Assembly: GCA_002428935.1 (NCBI GenBank)
Contig: DIYG01000026.1
Span: forward strand, 20,946 to 84,945
Origin: Halieaceae bacterium UBA6060
GTDB lineage: Bacteria > Pseudomonadota > Gammaproteobacteria > Pseudomonadales > Halieaceae
DNA length: 64,000 nt
Direction of reading: 5' to 3'
The notes under the pieces were generated by a model that was not told where the DNA came from, searched no databases, and was given only the letters and a program-made list of their open reading frames with translations. A program made the position numbers and the translations under genes. This document shows, one piece after another, positions 58,385-64,000 of this stretch (position 1 is the stretch's first letter; every line of letters starts with the position of its first letter).

Positions 58385-58441
58385 TTCGTCGTCTCCAGTG
58401 GTAACGAGATTTTCTACGAACAGACTCAGGGCCTAGGGACC

Positions 58442-59854
58442 TCAACACTCCACAAAGCTGACCGGCACTTCCAGGACGTTCACTGCCAAGCCACCGCGAG
58501 CGGTCTCTTTGTATTTGTCCTGCATGTCTCGCCCCGTGTCGCGCATGGTCTTGATTACCTGATCCAGGGACACGTAGTGCTCCCCGGATCCACGCAGCGC
58601 CATTCGTGCAGCGGATATGGCCTTGATGGCTCCCATGGCATTGCGCTCGATGCAGGGCACCTGCACTAGGCCACCGATAGGATCGCAGGTCAGCCCGAGG
58701 TTATGCTCCATGGCGATTTCCGCCGCGTTCTCAACCTGGGCTGGGGTGCCCCCGAGCGCTTCCGCGAGAGCTCCCGCGGCCATGGAACAAGCGGAGCCCA
58801 CTTCGCCCTGACAGCCCACCTCGGCCCCCGAGATGGAGGCATTGATCTTGTACAAAATACCGATAGCGCCAGCCGTAAGCAGGAAGCGACAGATATCGTC
58901 CTCCGTGGCACCCTGACAGTGACTCATAAAGTACTTGAGCACAGCGGGAATAATCCCCGCGGCACCGTTCGTCGGCGCCGTTACGATTCGCCCTCCCGCC
59001 GCGTTTTCTTCATTCACCGCCAGGGCGTAGAGCGTCACCCAGTCCATGGTATTGAGCGATGAATCACCCAGGGAATCGCTCTGCACCTTTAACTGGCGAT
59101 ACAGCTGAGCCGCGCGACGCTTAACCTTGAGACCGCCGGGCATAATGCCCTCAGTGTGACAACCTCGATCAATGCAGGACTCCATCACGGACCACAGCTT
59201 GAGGAGCTGCTCCCGTATCACCTCCTCTTCGCGCCAGGCCCGTTCATTGGCCATCATCAAGGCACTGATCGACAGGCCCTGCTCGCGACACTGATCAAGG
59301 AGGCTCGCCGCCGTCGAAAAAGCGAAGGGCACCGGTGTGGGGTCATCGACAATTAAGTCTTCCCCCGAAGCCGCGGACTCGTCGAGAACAAACCCACCGC
59401 CGACGGAGTAATACACGCGACTCAGTAGAGCCTCTCCCCCTTCGTCGACGGCGGTAAATCGCATGCCGTTGGCGTGATAGGGCAGCGATTCACTGCGATG
59501 CATGATGAGATCATTGCGATAACTGAAATCAATGCGCTGTTTGCCAGCGAGGAGCAACCAGCCCTCTTCACGCGCCCGCTCCACGCGTTCGGCGATGCCA
59601 TCCACAGCAACGTTCTCTGGCGTTTCGCCTTCCAAACCGAGGATCACCGCCTTGGGAGAACCATGACCGGCGCCCGTCGCGCCGAGGGAGCCGTACAGCT
59701 CCGCACACAGGCGTCGCGTAGGGGATAGGAGTCCTTGGGCCTCCACTAAAGCGACGAACTGACGCGCAGCGACCATAGGTCCTACGGTATGGGAGCTGGA
59801 CGGGCCGATCCCAACCTTGAAGAGATCGAACACACTGATGCTCAACGCTTGCAC
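58442..59854 (-). CDS. sdaA: L-serine ammonia-lyase (Fe-S dependent)
   Basis: [42 protein letters not shown] and VPCIERN. Confidence 0.97.
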   Translation of the reverse strand: MQALSISVFDLFKVGIGPSSSHTVGPMVAARQFVALVEAQGLLSPTRRLCAELYGSLGATGAGHGSPKAVILGLEGETPENVAVDGIAERVERAREEGWLLLAGKQRIDFSYRNDLIMHRSESLPYHANGMRFTAVDEGGEALLSRVYYSVGGGFVLDESAASGEDLIVDDPTPVPFAFSTAASLLDQCREQGLSISALMMANERAWREEEVIREQLLKLWSVMESCIDRGCHTEGIMPGGLKVKRRAAQLYRQLKVQSDSLGDSSLNTMDWVTLYALAVNEENAAGGRIVTAPTNGAAGIIPAVLKYFMSHCQGATEDDICRFLLTAGAIGILYKINASISGAEVGCQGEVGSACSMAAGALAEALGGTPAQVENAAEIAMEHNLGLTCDPIGGLVQVPCIERNAMGAIKAISAARMALRGSGEHYVSLDQVIKTMRDTGRDMQDKYKETARGGLAVNVLEVPVSFVEC

Positions 59855-60026
59855 CCTCTGTCGTATGATACCTCGCAGAATTATCCTTCGACCGATGGAG
59901 GAATGGCTACTCTTTTAGCTGCTAGCTATAACCTCATATTGCCCATGGAATTAAAAAGGCAGAACACTTGCTACCTTTGGCCGAGACCGGCCCAAACAAT
60001 CCTAGTAACTCCTTAAGGATCTCGCC

Positions 60027-61175
60027 GTGCAGAAGCTTACTCGCACCCTCGCAAGCCTTGTGACCCTGAGCCTCGGAGGGCTCAGCGCAGCCTTGGGTTC
60101 CGCCAAAGAATTACCCTTGGAACGCCTCCGCCTGCCTCCGGGATTCGATGTTTCTGTGTACGCGGAGGTAGAAAACGCGCGTCAGATGACGCTCGGCGAA
60201 AGGGGTGTGGTCTACGTAGGCAGCAGGCGCGCAGGAAAAGTCCACGCGGTGCTCGATCACGATGGGGATTTCCGTGCCGACGAAGTTGTGCTCGTGGCTG
60301 AAGATCTGAGCCTGCCATCTGGAGTAGCGTGGCGTGACGGCGATCTCTATGTGGGTGCGGTATCGACCATCTATCGTTTTCCGGGTATCGACGCGGCCTT
60401 ACCCCAGATCCCGGAGGCCGTTGTGATCACCGATCAACTCCCCGGAGAGCGCCATCACGGCTGGAAGTACTTGAAGTTCGGACCCGACGGCCTGTTGTAC
60501 CTGCCGGTGGGAGCCCCTTGCAATATTTGCGATCCTGAAGAGCCCTTCGCGACGATACTGCGCCTGGACATCAATGCCCCAGAGAACTGGGATATCGTCG
60601 CCCGGGGTGTGCGCAACAGCGTTGGCTTTGACTGGGACCCCGCCACGGGCGACCTGTGGTTCACGGACAACGGTCGCGATCATCTTGGCGACGAACTGCC
60701 GCCCTGTGAACTCAATCATCTTAGCGACGCCGGCCAGCATTTCGGCTATCCCTATTTCCATGGCGCAGGGATCGCCGACCCAGAATTTGGCGAGGCTGGC
60801 GCCGAGGCCAGCGAGTACCGCGAGCCCGCCCTCACCCTCGGCCCTCACACCGCACCGGTGGGCATGACCTTCTACACCGGTCGGCGTTTTCCCCAGCGCT
60901 ATCGGAACGATGTGCTGCTCGCGGAGCATGGCAGCTGGAATCGTAGCGACGAAGCCGGACCGACAGGCTATCGACTCATGCACGCCGAGCGAGACCGCAA
61001 TGGCGATCTCCGTTATGAAGTCTTTATCGACGGCTGGTTAAACGAAGACGGCACGCGTTGGGGACGCCCGGCCGATATCCTGGAACTGCCCGACGGCAGC
61101 TTGCTAGTCTCCGATGATCACGCGGGGGTGATCTATCGTATTAGCTACTCCGCCGCCCCAGAAGGAGCCAATTAA
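60027..61175 (+). CDS. PQQ-dependent sugar/sorbosone dehydrogenase family protein, exported
   Basis: HHGWKYLKFGPDG.LY..VGAPCNIC, GVRNSVG, HGSWNR and GRPAD; signal peptide. Confidence 0.9.
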   Translation: MQKLTRTLASLVTLSLGGLSAALGSAKELPLERLRLPPGFDVSVYAEVENARQMTLGERGVVYVGSRRAGKVHAVLDHDGDFRADEVVLVAEDLSLPSGVAWRDGDLYVGAVSTIYRFPGIDAALPQIPEAVVITDQLPGERHHGWKYLKFGPDGLLYLPVGAPCNICDPEEPFATILRLDINAPENWDIVARGVRNSVGFDWDPATGDLWFTDNGRDHLGDELPPCELNHLSDAGQHFGYPYFHGAGIADPEFGEAGAEASEYREPALTLGPHTAPVGMTFYTGRRFPQRYRNDVLLAEHGSWNRSDEAGPTGYRLMHAERDRNGDLRYEVFIDGWLNEDGTRWGRPADILELPDGSLLVSDDHAGVIYRISYSAAPEGAN

Positions 61176-62071
61176 TCCGTCGGAGTTTGCGTCAATCCTT
61201 CTATGGCACGCTGCACATCGAGGGTTCGCTGCGCCTGCTCCCGGTGAAGGAGTTCCACCATGCGCCCTTCCACACGAATGACGCCTTTTCCCTGATTCTC
61301 CCGCTGCGTAAACGCTTCCACCACGATCTCTGCCCAGGCGAGCTCCGTTTCCGTTGGCGCGAAAACCTCATTGGCGATGGAAAGCTGCGAGGGGTGAATC
61401 AGCGTTTTGCCATCAAATCCGTAGTGCAGACCCTGAAGGCATTCTCGTTCCAAGCCATGGTTGTCCTCGATATCGTTAAACACCCCATCCAGGGCGATCA
61501 AGTCATAGGCCCTCGCTGCAGTTACCAACACTGAGAGCGCGTAAGCAAAGCAGGATCGATGTTCATCGGGGACGGCGCGCTGGGCCTTCGCCAGATCATT
61601 GGTCCCCAACACAAATGCTTGCAGCCCCGTGCTGGCCGCCGCTTCGGCAAGTTCTGCCAAAGCCATCAGCGCCTTGGGGGTCTCGATCATCGCCCAAATA
61701 GGTAGCTCACTGGCGCCGCAGGCCGTGAGGGCGGTTCGCGCCTCGGTGAGCATGGCAACGCTTTCAATTTTAGGTAGGAGCAGTGCATCGGGCCTTGCCT
61801 CGGCTACCGCTGCAAGATCGTCATGTCCCCAGGGGGTGTCGAGACCATTGATGCGAACCACCACCTCCCGCGCGCCGTAACCGCGGCCATCGACGGCGGT
61901 GACCACCCTATCGCGAGCTTCGGATTTGACCTCCGGAGCCACGGCATCCTCAAGATCGAGAATCAATACATCGGCCGCAAGTTGCCGGGCCTTCTCCAGA
62001 GCCCTCGGGTTGGCGCCGGGCATGTACAAGCAAGAGCGTCGGGGTCGGAACGATGGCCGCGCGTCAGTCAC
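61172..62071 (-). CDS. CitE/HpcH family CoA-ester lyase (malyl-CoA lyase/thioesterase-like)
   Basis: RRSCLYMPG, ILDLEDAV, MIETP, GTNDL, DGVFND and GKTLIHPSQ; GTG start at 62071. Confidence 0.9.
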   Translation of the reverse strand: MTDARPSFRPRRSCLYMPGANPRALEKARQLAADVLILDLEDAVAPEVKSEARDRVVTAVDGRGYGAREVVVRINGLDTPWGHDDLAAVAEARPDALLLPKIESVAMLTEARTALTACGASELPIWAMIETPKALMALAELAEAAASTGLQAFVLGTNDLAKAQRAVPDEHRSCFAYALSVLVTAARAYDLIALDGVFNDIEDNHGLERECLQGLHYGFDGKTLIHPSQLSIANEVFAPTETELAWAEIVVEAFTQRENQGKGVIRVEGRMVELLHREQAQRTLDVQRAIEGLTQTPTD

Positions 62072-62867
62072 GGAAGTTCCCCACACGCCCCTCCATACCC
62101 GCGGCAATCGCCTCCAATTGATTCGGCGAACCAATGAGGGGTTCCTGAAGCTCCGATTCGCGAAGGAGCAAGGTCGCTGCATCATCGTGGCTTACGGTAT
62201 TGAGCAAAGCCTTGGCGGCCTGCACCGCGTCGGGGCTTTTCGCAACGATTTCTGCGGCGAGCTCCAAAGCCCTCTCCCGAGGTGTCTCGCTGAGGTGCGT
62301 GGCAAAGCCGTATTCCTTGGCCTCTTCTCCGCTAAAGACGCGGCCCGTGTAGGTCAGTTCCCGAAGAACGTCGTCGCGGGCCAGAGCCCGCATAATCGGC
62401 GTCCCTGCCATATCCGGCACGAGGCCCCATTTGATCTCCAGGATCGACAGCTTCGTCTCCGGGTGCACCAGGCGCATATCACTTCCCAGCATGATCTGAA
62501 AACCACCGCCCAGGGCGGCTCCATGAACTGCTGCGATCACCGGCACCCGTAAGCTACGCCAGCCCCAGACGGCCTGCTGTGGTCGATTCGCAATACCGTG
62601 GGTACGGTCCGTGAGACGTTCCAGCTTGCCCTCGGAGCTGTCGGCGTTAGCCATGGCAGCAAACAAAGACATGTCCAGCCCCGCGCAAAACGCTCGCCCT
62701 TCGCCCGACATGACCACCGCGCGAACGGAACGCTCACTATCCAACATCGCCGCCGTATCGATAAGGGCATCGAACAGCTCGTTGTTTATGGCGTTCATTT
62801 TGTCCGGTCGGTTCAGGCGTACATCGGCGACCCCGTCTTGGATGGAAACGCTCAGTACATCGGTCAT
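62064..62867 (-). CDS. Enoyl-CoA hydratase/isomerase (crotonase) family protein
   Basis: LNRPDKMNA, AFCAGLD, GAALGGG and EIKWGLVPDM. Confidence 0.93.
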   Translation of the reverse strand: MTDVLSVSIQDGVADVRLNRPDKMNAINNELFDALIDTAAMLDSERSVRAVVMSGEGRAFCAGLDMSLFAAMANADSSEGKLERLTDRTHGIANRPQQAVWGWRSLRVPVIAAVHGAALGGGFQIMLGSDMRLVHPETKLSILEIKWGLVPDMAGTPIMRALARDDVLRELTYTGRVFSGEEAKEYGFATHLSETPRERALELAAEIVAKSPDAVQAAKALLNTVSHDDAATLLLRESELQEPLIGSPNQLEAIAAGMEGRVGNFRD

Positions 62868-63667
62868 TCATCTGCTCCTTTATCGCTGGGGTCAGGATTT
62901 GTAAGACGGAAGGCATCTGCATCCAGATGCGTGGGGAAAGACTCCCGATATCTCAGTAATTCAGCGCCACTAAAACTCACGGTGGCGATGCCATCGCGGT
63001 CACCGAGATCGGTGAGCACCTCACCTCGGGCATCAATGGCCATGCTGTCACCGCGGTATTCCAGGCCGTTTGCATCGCTACCGATACGATTCACGCCAAC
63101 CACGGCAGCGAGATTCTCGATAGCTCGGGCCTGGAGCAATACGCGCCAATGATGAGCGCGAGGTGCCGGCCAATTGGCCACGTAGAACAGCAGATCGTAA
63201 TCCTCGCGATTGCGACTGAATACGGGGAAGCGCAGGTCGTAACAAACCTCGGGTTTGATGCGCCAGTCACGCCAGGACAACACCACGCGTTGGTCACCGG
63301 CCGCGTAGCGTTTATGCTCGCCGGCCATGCGAAACAAATGACGTTTGTCGTAGCTTTGCACCGTATCCGGTGTGACAAACAACAGCCGGTTATAGACAGC
63401 ACCCCGATCTTCGATGGCCACGCTGCCCGCGACGGCGCAATCGTAGTCCCGCGCGATAGCGCGCATCCAGACTTGCGTGGGACCACCCGGGGCTTCCGCA
63501 TTGGCCAGGGCGTTCATGGAAAAACCCGTGGTGAACATCTCCGGAAGCAGGATGAGATCCGTCTGCGGGTTGTTTCGCGCCAGAGTCGCGGTGAACTGCG
63601 CCCGATTGTCTTTGGGGTTTTCCCAGGCCAGCTCGTGCTGCACCAGGGTGACTCTTAAATCGTGCAC
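62864..63667 (-). CDS. yafV: Omega-amidase YafV (nitrilase family)
   Basis: Catalytic triad motifs LPEMFTTGF, YDKRHLF and VCYDLRFP; ANWP..R..HW. Confidence 0.9.
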   Translation of the reverse strand: MHDLRVTLVQHELAWENPKDNRAQFTATLARNNPQTDLILLPEMFTTGFSMNALANAEAPGGPTQVWMRAIARDYDCAVAGSVAIEDRGAVYNRLLFVTPDTVQSYDKRHLFRMAGEHKRYAAGDQRVVLSWRDWRIKPEVCYDLRFPVFSRNREDYDLLFYVANWPAPRAHHWRVLLQARAIENLAAVVGVNRIGSDANGLEYRGDSMAIDARGEVLTDLGDRDGIATVSFSGAELLRYRESFPTHLDADAFRLTNPDPSDKGADE

Positions 63668-64000
63668 AAGCGCCTCCCAGCCTCCAAAAGGGTGTCATGC
63701 GCCTTGGCAAAACAGAAACGCAATATTTTCTGAGCTGGCGGATCGGCGTAAAACAGTGAGATGGGAATCGCCGCAACCCCAAACTCTCGGGTCCAGCGCT
63801 CGCAAAGTATGTAGTCTTCTTCGTCGCTCAAAGCGCTGTAATCTAGCAGTTGAAAAAAGCTCCCAGAGGCCTTGGTCCAGGCAAAACCCGAGCCCTCTAT
63901 TGCGTTTAAAAAACAGTCGCGCCGGGCCTGGTAGTTCGCCGCGAGGGTTAGGGGGTAGTCCGGCTCCTCCGCCATGAAATCGGCAAGGGCATGCTGCACC
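63655..64000 (-). CDS. ybdL: Methionine/kynurenine aminotransferase YbdL-like, C-terminal part (runs off window end)
   Basis: GSFFQLLDY, GVAAIPISLFY and LRFCFAK; overlaps the yafV start. Confidence 0.85.
   Translation of the reverse strand, partial: VQHALADFMAEEPDYPLTLAANYQARRDCFLNAIEGSGFAWTKASGSFFQLLDYSALSDEEDYILCERWTREFGVAAIPISLFYADPPAQKILRFCFAKAHDTLLEAGRRLCTI

Overview
A ~64 kb, GC-rich chromosomal segment from a gammaproteobacterium. Gene content and style suggest the marine Halieaceae/OM60-NOR5 group, which is an inference. The backbone is housekeeping and catabolic: mlaA, hrpA, mnmC, M16 peptidase, folD, hppD, gcdR-gcdH-CoA transferase, sdaA, ybdL-yafV and two TonB-dependent receptors. 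Five accessory modules stand out. (1) An MNIO/DUF692 RiPP operon with a 10x EGKCG precursor (bufferin/HvfA type). (2) A four-gene, ABC-free peptide export module: outer-membrane barrel, Sec precursor with an internal double-glycine-like leader, 2-TM putative immunity protein and stand-alone C39 peptidase. (3) A LysR-linked DabAB inorganic-carbon pump with a Usp gene. (4) An uncharacterised five-gene operon: DUF1611 P-loop protein, hydrolase, HlyD adaptor, 7TM protein fused to an apparently inactive ATP-grasp domain, and an Asp/Asn beta-hydroxylase. It may make or export a poly-amino-acid or peptide product. (5) A 3.2 kb integrase-less islet at tRNA-Thr(CGT), with IS481-like ends beside both tRNA-end copies. 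Modules 2 and 4 are the best candidates for undescribed systems. All family assignments come from motif recognition by eye; no searches were run.
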